From contig JABABU010000009.1 of NCBI GenBank assembly GCA_014238065.1, positions 25,581-89,580 of the forward strand: a stretch of 64,000 nt of DNA. Direction: 5' to 3'. This document shows, piece by piece, positions 44,805-53,675 of the stretch. Position 1 is the stretch's first letter. The number at the start of each line of letters is the position of its first letter. Both the position numbers and the translations under genes were made by a program. The notes below the pieces were generated by a model that worked only from the letters and a program-made list of their open reading frames with translations, searched no databases and was not told the origin of the DNA. This DNA comes from Actinomycetota bacterium. Lineage in GTDB: Bacteria; Actinomycetota; Acidimicrobiia; Acidimicrobiales; Poriferisodalaceae.

Positions 44805-45431
44805 ATGTCACAATTCGCGATCAACCGGCAACCAGCAGTCAACGGGCACACAACCCGGCGCCTCGAGACGCGTCTGAAACTCCTGGCCGCTGCGACAGAA
44901 CTGTTCGCCGTCAGGAGGGTTCCTGACGTCACGAGCACAGCCATCGCCAAACATGCCGGCGTGGCGACAGGCACCTTCTACCTCCACTTCCCCGACAAGC
45001 ACACGCTCTTCGAGGAACTGGTCGACGAAGCTCTGGCAGAGATCCGAGCCCAGTTCCAGCCCGCCCACCACTCCCCTCCTTCAGTCGACGCGAGGCGTCT
45101 TGAGATCGACTCGATGCTTGACGTGGTCGAGCGAAGACGCGATCTGATCCGGGCGGTGTTCGATCGCGGCGAGACGTCGGAGCTCGCCGGTCGTATTCAG
45201 GACCGCATCGCGAGTGGCCTCGAATCAGCCTACGAGCAAGACTTTCGCGAGCAAGACATCCAGCTCCACCCAGGAGCAGCTGCTCAGGCACGGGCCGCCG
45301 TGCTTGTACGAATCGTTGCCTGGTGGGCCGAAGATCCAGGACGGGCCAGGCGAGACGAGATCGTCGACATTTTGATGGAGATGGATCCGATGCGCGCAGC
45401 CGCTCAAGCCTTCAGAAAGAGGACGCACTGA
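44805..45431 (+). CDS. TetR/AcrR family transcriptional regulator
   Basis: Start at ATG 44805. HTH region LLAAATELFAVRRVPDVTSTAIAKHAGVATGTFYLHFPDKHTLF. The stop overlaps the P450 start by 1 nt (TGATG). Confidence 0.88.
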   Translation: MSQFAINRQPAVNGHTTRRLETRLKLLAAATELFAVRRVPDVTSTAIAKHAGVATGTFYLHFPDKHTLFEELVDEALAEIRAQFQPAHHSPPSVDARRLEIDSMLDVVERRRDLIRAVFDRGETSELAGRIQDRIASGLESAYEQDFREQDIQLHPGAAAQARAAVLVRIVAWWAEDPGRARRDEIVDILMEMDPMRAAAQAFRKRTH

Positions 45432-46756
45432 TGAGTGACACGACGACCGAAACCGAGCTGCCAACCCGGTGGCCCCAGAACGTCAGATCTCCGGAGCAAG
45501 AGCAGGCCAAGGTCGGGGCCGGCGTCCCGGAAGCCGCAGCCCTCAGCATCGAAGAGATCAACCCGCTCAATGCACACCTATTCGTAGAACACCGCTGGCA
45601 CGACCACTTCGCGCGGCTGCGGGCCGAGGATCCGGTCCATTTCAACGAACTCGACTCGTCTGGCCGCTACTGGTCGCTGACGAAGTACCACGACATCAAG
45701 AAGGTCGAGGGCGACTGGAAGACTTTTTCATCAGCCAACGGCATCACGCTTGGGCCTCCCCCTCACACTCCAGGTCCTGGCGCTGCGACGCAGCAAGGGT
45801 CGTTCATCGCCATGGACCCACCGACCCACGGCGAGCAACGCAAGACTGTGCAGCCGGTCGTGTTGCCGAGAAACGTCCGCACCATCGAGCCGCTTATCCG
45901 CGAACGCGCCATTCGTGTGCTCGACTCGCTCCCCGAAGGCGAGACCTTCGATTGGGTCGACACGGTATCGATCGAGCTCACGACGATGATGCTCGCAACG
46001 CTGTTCGATTTCCCGTTCGACGATCGGAGAAAACTGACGCGGTGGTCCGACATCGTGTTCGCGATCCCAGAACCCGGCGGCATCGTCGAATCGATGGAGC
46101 AAAAGCGCGACGAGCTGACCGAATGCGTTCGATATTTCGAGGGACTGTGGGAAGAGCGAAAGAAGAACCCCGGCGACGACATGATCTCGATGTTGGTCCA
46201 CGGAGCTGCAACCAGTCACATGCCGGCAGCGGCCCACCTCGGCAACCTTCTGTTGCTCATCGTCGGCGGCAACGACACGACCCGCAACACGATGTCGGGC
46301 AGCGTCTATGCCCTCAACAAGTTCCCCGATCAGTACGACAAGCTGATTGCCGACCCCGGCCTGGTGCCAAAGCTGGTGCCGGAGATCATCCGGTGGCAGA
46401 CACCGCTCGCCTACATGCGTCGTACCGCCACCCAGGATTGCGAGATTGGCGGTAAGCAGATCCGCCAGAACGATCAGCTGCTGATGTGGTACATCTCCGG
46501 CAACCGCGACGAGGATGTGTTCGACAACGCAGACGATCTCGACATCGAGCGGGAGAACGCATATCTACACCTCGCGTTCGGCCACGGCATTCACTACTGC
46601 ATGGGAAGCCGCCTCGCCGAGATGCAGCTGAAGGTCCTCTGGGAGGAGATCCTGCAGCGTTTCACGCGGATCGAAATTCAGGCAGAACCGGAGCGGACGC
46701 TGTCGTCATTCGTCAACGGATACGCGCACCTACCGGTCCAGGTCACCCGCAAATAG
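45431..46756 (+). CDS. Cytochrome P450, CYP153-like
   Basis: Heme loop FGHGIHYCMGSRLA. I-helix LLLIVGGNDTTRNTMSG, the GGNDTTRN signature I associate with CYP153 terminal hydroxylases. YWSLTKYHDI region. Confidence 0.9.
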   Translation: MSDTTTETELPTRWPQNVRSPEQEQAKVGAGVPEAAALSIEEINPLNAHLFVEHRWHDHFARLRAEDPVHFNELDSSGRYWSLTKYHDIKKVEGDWKTFSSANGITLGPPPHTPGPGAATQQGSFIAMDPPTHGEQRKTVQPVVLPRNVRTIEPLIRERAIRVLDSLPEGETFDWVDTVSIELTTMMLATLFDFPFDDRRKLTRWSDIVFAIPEPGGIVESMEQKRDELTECVRYFEGLWEERKKNPGDDMISMLVHGAATSHMPAAAHLGNLLLLIVGGNDTTRNTMSGSVYALNKFPDQYDKLIADPGLVPKLVPEIIRWQTPLAYMRRTATQDCEIGGKQIRQNDQLLMWYISGNRDEDVFDNADDLDIERENAYLHLAFGHGIHYCMGSRLAEMQLKVLWEEILQRFTRIEIQAEPERTLSSFVNGYAHLPVQVTRK

Positions 46757-47027
46757 CACGACGACCGTCGCATGCGTGTAGCCGGCGGCCGCGGCCAGTC
46801 CGTCGAAGGTGAGCTCGTCTGCGATCGACACATCCCAGATCTCGGGCCAGTCATCGCTGGGTCGTGACGCTGCTTCACGTGTACCGGTCGGCGAATCCGC
46901 TGGCGCGCCTGCGGATCACGAAACTCCCGGCGACAACCCACAAGTCCGAGCCGTTGATGTCGTGCATCGTGAACGCCTCACCCCTCAGCCCAAGGTTCAC
47001 CCGCATCAAGCGGAGCACATCTCCACG

Positions 47028-49448
47028 TCAGGTTCTCGGGCGCTCGTTGGCGGCGTCGAGCATCGGTTCGGCGCGCACGACCGCCGGCGATCGCACCCCG
47101 ATCACGTCGATGGCCAACTCGGTACCCGGATCGGCGTACGGCGGTTTGACGTAACCCATGGCGATGTTCGCATTCAGCGTGTGTCCGTATGCCCCGCTCG
47201 TCACCACGCCGACGAGTTCATCACCGGCCCATATCGGATCACCACCATGGGGTGCCGCCTCGTCATTGGTCACCTCGATGGCGACGAACAGTCGGCGGTC
47301 ACCGGCTTCGCGTTGGGCCACGATCGCATCGCGTCCCCTGAAGTCCTTCGACAAGTCCACGAACCGGTCGAGGCGAGCCTCCAGAACCGTGTATTCGGTA
47401 TGGAGGTCGTGCTTCCACGCCCGGTAGTTCTTCTCGATGCGCATCGACTCGGTTGCCAACAGCCCGAAATTCACCATTCCGAGAGGAATACCTGCCGCCC
47501 ACAGCGCCTCGTACACCTCAACTGAGTGCTCCATCGGGAAATGCAGTTCCCATCCGAGTTCCCCTGTGAAGCTCATTCTGAGAGCCCTCACATCAACGTC
47601 ACCGATGGTGATCTCCCGCGCCGACAACCAGGGAAACGAGACATTGTCGAGGGCATCGTCGGTGACCGCTGTCAACACGTCACGCGAGCGAGGACCGGCA
47701 ACCATGAGAGCGTTGTGGGTGTCCGTCAGGTTGGTGATCGACACTCCCTCCGGCGGGTCGGCCTCGTTCAACAGGTCGAGATCGTGCCACTCGGCCGGGG
47801 CTGCGCTGAACAGCCAGAAGTGATCCTCGGCGATACGCAACATGGTGAATTCCGACCGGAAACGGCCCCTCTCATCGCTGACATAGGACAGCGCTGTGCG
47901 GCCGACAGCCGGGAGTCGGCCGGCCGTGAGATGGTCGAACCACACATCGGAGCCAGATCCCTGCACCGCGAATCGGGTGAAACCCGATATCTCGACGATG
48001 CCGACGTTGCCGCGAACCGCTCGAGCCTCTGCTCCCACCTGGTCGTGGAAGGTCGAGAAACGAAAGGCAGGGACGTGTTCGAAGTCGTTCTCGTCCGGGT
48101 GGAAGTAGAGCACGCGCTCCCATCCGTTGAGTGCGCCGAACTCGGCCCCCTTCGCCGACAGCACGCCGTAGAGCGGTGTGCACTTGGCCTTACGGCCTGC
48201 CGGTCGGTGTTCGTCGGGGCGATGGAAGATGAACTCGCTCTGGTACTCCTCGACGGCTTTGGCAGACGCGTATGACTCGTCGGCATACTGCGTGAAGCGG
48301 CGAGGATCGAGCACCCATGTGTCCCACTCGGACTCGCCGTCGACGATGATCTCGGCGAGCACCTTACCGAGTCCGCCGGCCTCACCTATGCCGGCGCGGA
48401 TGCCGAGCATGGCGTAGCCGTTTCGTACGCCCGGCAGCTTGCCGACCAGTGGCACACCGTCGCCCGAGTATGCGATCGGGCCGTTGATCACCGACGAGAT
48501 ACCCGCTGTCTGCAGCACCGGGAGCCGTTCCATCACCCGCTCCATGTTGTCGGCAAGCCTGTCGAGGTCGGGGGGTTCGAGCTTGCCTGCGAAGTCGTCG
48601 GGGATATGTTCTCGCCCCCAGGTCTTACAGCCCTGCTCGTAGATGCCGACCAACAGCCCGTTGTGTTCCTGGCGACTGTAGAAGTCGTCGCCAGGATCGC
48701 GCAGTAACGGCACGCGTCCGTCGAGCGCCTCGAGCTCCGGAAGCTCCTCGGTGAGGAAAAACTGGTGCTCCATCGAAGACACGGCCGACTCCAGGCCATA
48801 GAACTTGCCGATCTGGTGAACGCGATACCCACCGGCGTTGACAAAGCTCTCGCACTCGATGTCGCCTTTGTCGGTACGAACAAGCCAACCCTCGGCCGTT
48901 GGCTCGAGTCCCGTCACCTCGGTATGACGGAACACCTGACCGCCATTGCTGCGGCCGGCCTTGCACATGCCGTTCACCAGACCAGTGGGATCGATGTCAC
49001 CGTCGACGGGATCCCACAGTCCACACGTCAGACCGGTCACGTCGAGCAGCGGGTGCGCCGCTGACATCTCCGAGGGTCCGAGAACCTCAAAGTCGACCCC
49101 CATGCCCTTGGCCATTCCGACGAAGTGCCGGTAGCCGTCGAGGTCGGACTGGTCGTAGCCGAGCCGGATCCCACCGTCGTCGCGACGGTAGGTGATGGGC
49201 GACTCAGGATCGGCCGCAAGCCTGGTGTACAACTCGACGGAGTACTTCTTCAGACCCACCATGGTCTGGACGGCGCCGAACTGCGTGACCTGACCTGCGG
49301 CGTGCCAAGTCGAACCCGAAGCGAGCTCGTCGCGCTCGACCAGCACCACGTCTGTCCATCCATGCTCCGTGAGGTGGTAGAAGGTGCTGGCGCCGCAGAC
49401 GCCACCGCCGATCACGACCACTCGCGCTCGACTCGGAAGGCTGCTCAC
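47028..49448 (-). CDS. Dimethylglycine/sarcosine-dehydrogenase-type flavoprotein with C-terminal folate-binding GcvT domain
   Basis: 806 aa. GTG start overlaps the MocR stop (GTGA). VVVIGGGVCGASTFYHL dinucleotide fold and SGSTWHAAG. The C-terminal ~400 aa is aminomethyltransferase-like. Confidence 0.92.
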   Translation of the reverse strand: MSSLPSRARVVVIGGGVCGASTFYHLTEHGWTDVVLVERDELASGSTWHAAGQVTQFGAVQTMVGLKKYSVELYTRLAADPESPITYRRDDGGIRLGYDQSDLDGYRHFVGMAKGMGVDFEVLGPSEMSAAHPLLDVTGLTCGLWDPVDGDIDPTGLVNGMCKAGRSNGGQVFRHTEVTGLEPTAEGWLVRTDKGDIECESFVNAGGYRVHQIGKFYGLESAVSSMEHQFFLTEELPELEALDGRVPLLRDPGDDFYSRQEHNGLLVGIYEQGCKTWGREHIPDDFAGKLEPPDLDRLADNMERVMERLPVLQTAGISSVINGPIAYSGDGVPLVGKLPGVRNGYAMLGIRAGIGEAGGLGKVLAEIIVDGESEWDTWVLDPRRFTQYADESYASAKAVEEYQSEFIFHRPDEHRPAGRKAKCTPLYGVLSAKGAEFGALNGWERVLYFHPDENDFEHVPAFRFSTFHDQVGAEARAVRGNVGIVEISGFTRFAVQGSGSDVWFDHLTAGRLPAVGRTALSYVSDERGRFRSEFTMLRIAEDHFWLFSAAPAEWHDLDLLNEADPPEGVSITNLTDTHNALMVAGPRSRDVLTAVTDDALDNVSFPWLSAREITIGDVDVRALRMSFTGELGWELHFPMEHSVEVYEALWAAGIPLGMVNFGLLATESMRIEKNYRAWKHDLHTEYTVLEARLDRFVDLSKDFRGRDAIVAQREAGDRRLFVAIEVTNDEAAPHGGDPIWAGDELVGVVTSGAYGHTLNANIAMGYVKPPYADPGTELAIDVIGVRSPAVVRAEPMLDAANERPRT

Positions 49449-50905
49449 TTGTGGCTCCTCATTTGTCTCTTTGCGGCTCGGGCCAGCCGCTCGATGCCTG
49501 GCTCGATGGATTGAGCAGGTAGACCAGACACGCCGAGGCGCACGATGTGGTTCGGCACCGGGTCAGTCAGGAAACATGAAGCTGCCGTTTCTATGAACAC
49601 GCCCAGCTCGGCGGCCTCGTCGATGAGCGCTGTCGCATCGAGCTCATAGGGACCGGGCAACCACAGCGAGGCACCGCCGGCCGGAAAAGCCATGGCCCAT
49701 TCGAGGTGCTCGGGGACCGCTGCGACGGCGATCTCCCAACGCTCACGGATCGCGTTGCGGAACCGGCGTAGTGCCCTGGCGTGGTCACCACGTTCGATGA
49801 AGAGGGCCATCGTACGGGTGATGAGGCCAGGGGGATGACGAAGGTCGTACCGGCGGATGTCGCGCATCTTCGCTATGAGAGCCGGCTCCGCGACCACGTA
49901 GCCGAGGCGAAGACCAGGCCCGAAATACTCCGAGAAACTCCCGAGGTGTACGACACGTCCGCTGCGGTCGAGAGATTTGAGGGAGGCGACCGGTTGACCC
50001 AGATGACGCAACTCGCTGTTGTGGTCGTCCTCGATGATGATCAGGTCGTCGATGTCGGCCCGCGCCAGCAGTTGTCGGCGCCGCGCGACCGACAGCGTGA
50101 CGTTTGTCGGGTACTGGTGACCCGGCGTGAGAATCGCCAGCGAGATGTCATCAGCCGCATCGAGGAGGACGCCCTGATTGTCGACGGGGCACGGCACGAG
50201 TTCGGCGCCAGCCCGGATGAAGATGTGTGCAGCATCGGGGTAGCCAGGGTTCTCAACAGCCACCCGGTCGCCAGGGTGAACAAGGGACGCTGCTGCGAGG
50301 CGCAGGCCGTTCTGTGTGCCCATGGTGACCAGGATTTCATCGGGTGTTGCCTCGATACCGCGGGCCGGCAACACCTCCCTGCAGAGTTGCTCGACGAAGA
50401 GCGGATCGTCGGCATCGGTGTGGTCGTGGATCAGTGCTGGCAGATGCTCATCAGCCATCGTGGCTCGAAGGGCACGCGTCCAGTCCGCGGTCGGGAAGAG
50501 TTCAGGATCGGGAGCGCCGACGACGAACGGGTATGGCTGACCCTGGTGGCCATGAGGTTTGCGAAGATGGATGAGGAAGTCGCCGTAGTCGACGACCCTG
50601 TTGACCCAGTCGACCCGGCGCGGTTCATCATCGCTCTGGGGTCGGTCGAGGTCGGGGTGCACCGCGTAGCCCACTCGCTCCTTGGCGACGAGGAATCCCT
50701 CGGCGACGAGCTCCTGGTATGTCAAATTGACCGTGCTACGGCTCACGCTGAGTCTCTCGGCCAGCGACCGCGAAGACGGCAATGGCTCACCGGGTGGCAG
50801 GACTCCGGACTCGATGGCCTCGATGATGGCCGCTCGGAGCTGACGGTAGATCGGGTCGTCGCCGGCGAGGTCGACATCGAGGCCGAACAGCAGAGTTGCG
50901 GTCAT
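49445..50905 (-). CDS. MocR/GabR-type regulator (GntR wHTH fused to a PLP aminotransferase-like domain)
   Basis: IYRQLRAAIIEAIESGVLPPGEPLPSSRSLAERLSVSRSTVNLTYQELVAEGF wHTH, followed by a fold-type-I-like domain. Start chosen at ATG 50905 (ATGA overlap with the MttB stop); an alternative ATG is at 50920. Confidence 0.9.
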   Translation of the reverse strand: MTATLLFGLDVDLAGDDPIYRQLRAAIIEAIESGVLPPGEPLPSSRSLAERLSVSRSTVNLTYQELVAEGFLVAKERVGYAVHPDLDRPQSDDEPRRVDWVNRVVDYGDFLIHLRKPHGHQGQPYPFVVGAPDPELFPTADWTRALRATMADEHLPALIHDHTDADDPLFVEQLCREVLPARGIEATPDEILVTMGTQNGLRLAAASLVHPGDRVAVENPGYPDAAHIFIRAGAELVPCPVDNQGVLLDAADDISLAILTPGHQYPTNVTLSVARRRQLLARADIDDLIIIEDDHNSELRHLGQPVASLKSLDRSGRVVHLGSFSEYFGPGLRLGYVVAEPALIAKMRDIRRYDLRHPPGLITRTMALFIERGDHARALRRFRNAIRERWEIAVAAVPEHLEWAMAFPAGGASLWLPGPYELDATALIDEAAELGVFIETAASCFLTDPVPNHIVRLGVSGLPAQSIEPGIERLARAAKRQMRSHK

Positions 50906-52470
50906 CCCTGGCCCGCCCATCGGTCGCTGGCGACCGTCATGTCGGCGGCGTCGAGCACGATCGGGAACCTGGCTCTGAGGTCCGCATCCTGTTCCGCAGT
51001 GAGATACATGGGGTGGTGTTGCATCAATTCGTGGAGTCTCCGCTGCGCCGCCACCCTGATGTCAGGCGAGCCCTTGTCCTCCCATTCGCCCGGCGTCGAG
51101 CGGTCGCCGATTCCCGGATAGACATACTCGGTCTCCATCATCTCGAGCGTCTGCGTCGCGCCCAGAAAGTGGCCATCGCCGAGCACCTGCTGTTCGATCA
51201 CGTCCAAGGCCAGAGTCTCGTTGGTCACCTCGATGCCACGAACTGCACGCAGCGCGTAGCCGAGAAGTTCGTCGTCGATCACGAATTGTTCGAAGGATGC
51301 ACCGAGCAAGCTGGCCAACATGCCAGACGACTCGTAGACGAGGTTGGCTCCTGCCGTACCGGCAAGCACCGTCGTTATTCCCTTCTCGTACCCCGCTTGG
51401 GCGTCTGGCAGCTTCGAGTCGGCCATTCCAGCCGCCACGCCGCATGGGATGCCGAATCGTTTGGCCACCTGCGCTGCGCCAGCGTTGAGTACCGCGGTTT
51501 CCGCCGCGCCCCCGACCATCGAGCCGGTTCGCAGGTCGGACACGAACGGCCAGTTGGAGAAGATCATCGGATGGCCGGGACGGATGACGTTGACGAGGGC
51601 GAGCGAAGCCAGGGTCTCGGCGACGGTGATCACCAGAGTGCCGGCCAGCGGCGCTGGCGCCGTGGCTCCGGCCTGCCCCGCAGTGATGGCGTTGATCGGC
51701 ATGCCGTGGTGGATCGCCTCGATGAGCGTGTCGCAGGCGTCTGCCCCGTAACGCAGCGGGGGCACGATCGGGCTCGAGTGCAACTTGCAGAACGGCCGGC
51801 TGGCAAACTCACCAGGACCACCCGCTGCGATGTCGAACATCTCGATGATCGGTGCCACGTTCTCCGGAACCGTGATGGCCGTCCCCACGTGCTTCCTCGT
51901 TCCGGCCAGCAGGCAATAAGCGGTGTTGACGTCGAGGTCGTACGGGTCTGGCAAGTCGGTGGCCACCACACAGCGGGTGAACCAGTGCACGTTCACCAGT
52001 TGGTCGGCAAGTCGGGTGAAGTCGTAGAGGTCGACGAGCGTCGAGGGTCGATAGCAGTCACCGCGGTGGTCGAACACCGAGATGGCAGCTCCTCCGGTGC
52101 CGAAATGCACTCGATCGCCTGAAACATCGAGGTCATGGCGCTTATCGCGACCGTAGAGGGTGAAGTCCTTGGCTGACCCGTCGAGCAACGCTTCCATCAC
52201 CGGCCGGGAGAAGCAGAGCCGGCCGGCGTCATTGACCGTGGCACCAGCGTCGAGCGCCGGAGTGAGCATGGCGGGAACAGGGTCGGCAACACCAAGTGTG
52301 GCCAGAAGGTCGAGAGCGGCATCACACACCCTGGTAACTTCCTCGTCGGCCAGCGGTCGGTAGGTGCCACCGGCCAGGCCCGGTCCGATCGGTGGTTCGG
52401 CCCTACCGGACCCGGTCGCCCGTTCGCGATGCTTTATCTGGCGGGCTCGCCCTCGACGGCCGGCGCTCAC
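50902..52470 (-). CDS. MttB-superfamily methyltransferase, non-pyrrolysine type
   Basis: 522 aa in an uninterrupted frame. Arg-rich N-terminus, then LADEEVTRVCDAALDLLATLGV, FTLYGRD, and GTGGAAISVFD...RPSTLVDLYDFTRLAD, as in trimethylamine-methyltransferase family proteins. Confidence 0.85.
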   Translation of the reverse strand: MSAGRRGRARQIKHRERATGSGRAEPPIGPGLAGGTYRPLADEEVTRVCDAALDLLATLGVADPVPAMLTPALDAGATVNDAGRLCFSRPVMEALLDGSAKDFTLYGRDKRHDLDVSGDRVHFGTGGAAISVFDHRGDCYRPSTLVDLYDFTRLADQLVNVHWFTRCVVATDLPDPYDLDVNTAYCLLAGTRKHVGTAITVPENVAPIIEMFDIAAGGPGEFASRPFCKLHSSPIVPPLRYGADACDTLIEAIHHGMPINAITAGQAGATAPAPLAGTLVITVAETLASLALVNVIRPGHPMIFSNWPFVSDLRTGSMVGGAAETAVLNAGAAQVAKRFGIPCGVAAGMADSKLPDAQAGYEKGITTVLAGTAGANLVYESSGMLASLLGASFEQFVIDDELLGYALRAVRGIEVTNETLALDVIEQQVLGDGHFLGATQTLEMMETEYVYPGIGDRSTPGEWEDKGSPDIRVAAQRRLHELMQHHPMYLTAEQDADLRARFPIVLDAADMTVASDRWAGQG

Positions 52471-53675
52471 TGGAACTCCGCCACCATGGCGCTCAGGGCA
52501 CCACGGATGATCTCGGCAATCACGATGCAGTCGTCCGGCGTCATACTCAGCGGAATGCGCATGTCGCAGAGTCCCGACAGGACGGCTGTGGTCGCGTGCA
52601 GCGTCTGCTCAGTGGCGTAACGCCAGTGGTCGTACCGGCTCGTGAACCCGACCGGCTCATGGCGACCGAACCACTTGACGTGCACACCATGGTCTTCGGC
52701 GAGTTCCAGCCAGGCGATCATGGTGGACTCGTCGAGACCGTCGACGGAGAACTGGATCGACGAGGCGACGTACTGTTCGTCGGCGTGACGATCTGGCACC
52801 CGGATCCGCGGATCGGCGGTGAGCAGCTCGGCCAGTCGGGTGTAACGGTCGCCCCAGACCGCGGCCCGGTCCTCCAGCACTTCGAGCTGGGGGCGCGCGA
52901 CCGCAGCCGCCAGCGCCGACATCCGCATCGAGAGGTTGGGCGTCGTGAACCGGTGGCGCTCGATGACATCGGTGGGCGGTCGGGTGCCGTGCTGTTCGTG
53001 GAGCATGTAGGAACCGCTCAGAAGGATGGCCCTGGCCGCGATGTCATCGTCGTCGGTGACCAGCAGGCCTCCCTCACCCGAGTTCACGTGCTTGAAGGTC
53101 TGGGTCGAGAAGCAGCCGACCGCCCCGAAGGTTCCACTCGGACGGCCCCGCCATCGGGCCCCCATCGTGTGCGCGCAGTCCTCGATCACGGTGAGGTCGA
53201 GTTCGTCGGCCACATCCATGACTCGATCCATGTCCGCAATGTGGCCACGCATGTGCGAAAGCATCAAATAGCGGGAACCCGACCGTTGTGCGGCCGAGAC
53301 AAGATCATCCAGGTCGATGAGGTAGTCGGGCGTGACCCCGACGAACACCGGATCGGCACCGGCGTGCACGAGTGCTCCTGGGACCGGAGCCAGGGTGAAG
53401 GCATTCATCAACACCGGTTCGCCCCTGGTCACTCCAGCAGCCATGAGACTTGCGGCAAGCGAAGCTCCGCAGCTGTTGAAGGCCACGCAGTACCGGCGAC
53501 CGACCATCTCCGCGAACGTCGCCTCGAGACCAGCCACGTCAAGTTCACCTGCCCCGGTCTCGCCGTAACGAAAGAGGCGGCCGGAGGCCATGAGCTCATT
53601 GGCCCGCTCTACGCCCGCTGCAGGGATGGCCGGTTGCTCCGTGAAGTCGAGATCGATGTTCGGTAGCGCTGTCAT
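52467..53675 (-). CDS. DegT/DnrJ/EryC1/StrS-family PLP-dependent aminotransferase
   Basis: FNSCGASLAASLMAAGV, and the Lys-containing FSTQTFKHVNSGEGGLLV motif. ATGA overlap with the HisD-like stop and GTGA overlap with the MttB start. Confidence 0.88.
   Translation of the reverse strand: MTALPNIDLDFTEQPAIPAAGVERANELMASGRLFRYGETGAGELDVAGLEATFAEMVGRRYCVAFNSCGASLAASLMAAGVTRGEPVLMNAFTLAPVPGALVHAGADPVFVGVTPDYLIDLDDLVSAAQRSGSRYLMLSHMRGHIADMDRVMDVADELDLTVIEDCAHTMGARWRGRPSGTFGAVGCFSTQTFKHVNSGEGGLLVTDDDDIAARAILLSGSYMLHEQHGTRPPTDVIERHRFTTPNLSMRMSALAAAVARPQLEVLEDRAAVWGDRYTRLAELLTADPRIRVPDRHADEQYVASSIQFSVDGLDESTMIAWLELAEDHGVHVKWFGRHEPVGFTSRYDHWRYATEQTLHATTAVLSGLCDMRIPLSMTPDDCIVIAEIIRGALSAMVAEFQ

Noticed and set aside
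50902-52470. Pyrrolysine-containing trimethylamine methyltransferase
   Set aside because: The reading frame has no in-frame UAG, and no pyl genes or corrinoid protein are present in the window.
50896-53666. Two ~410-420-aa plus-strand ORFs (50896-52122, 52392-53666) opposite the MttB-like and DegT-like genes
   Set aside because: Arg/His/Asp-rich translations without motifs. The minus-strand frames match well-known families and are linked by 4-nt overlaps.
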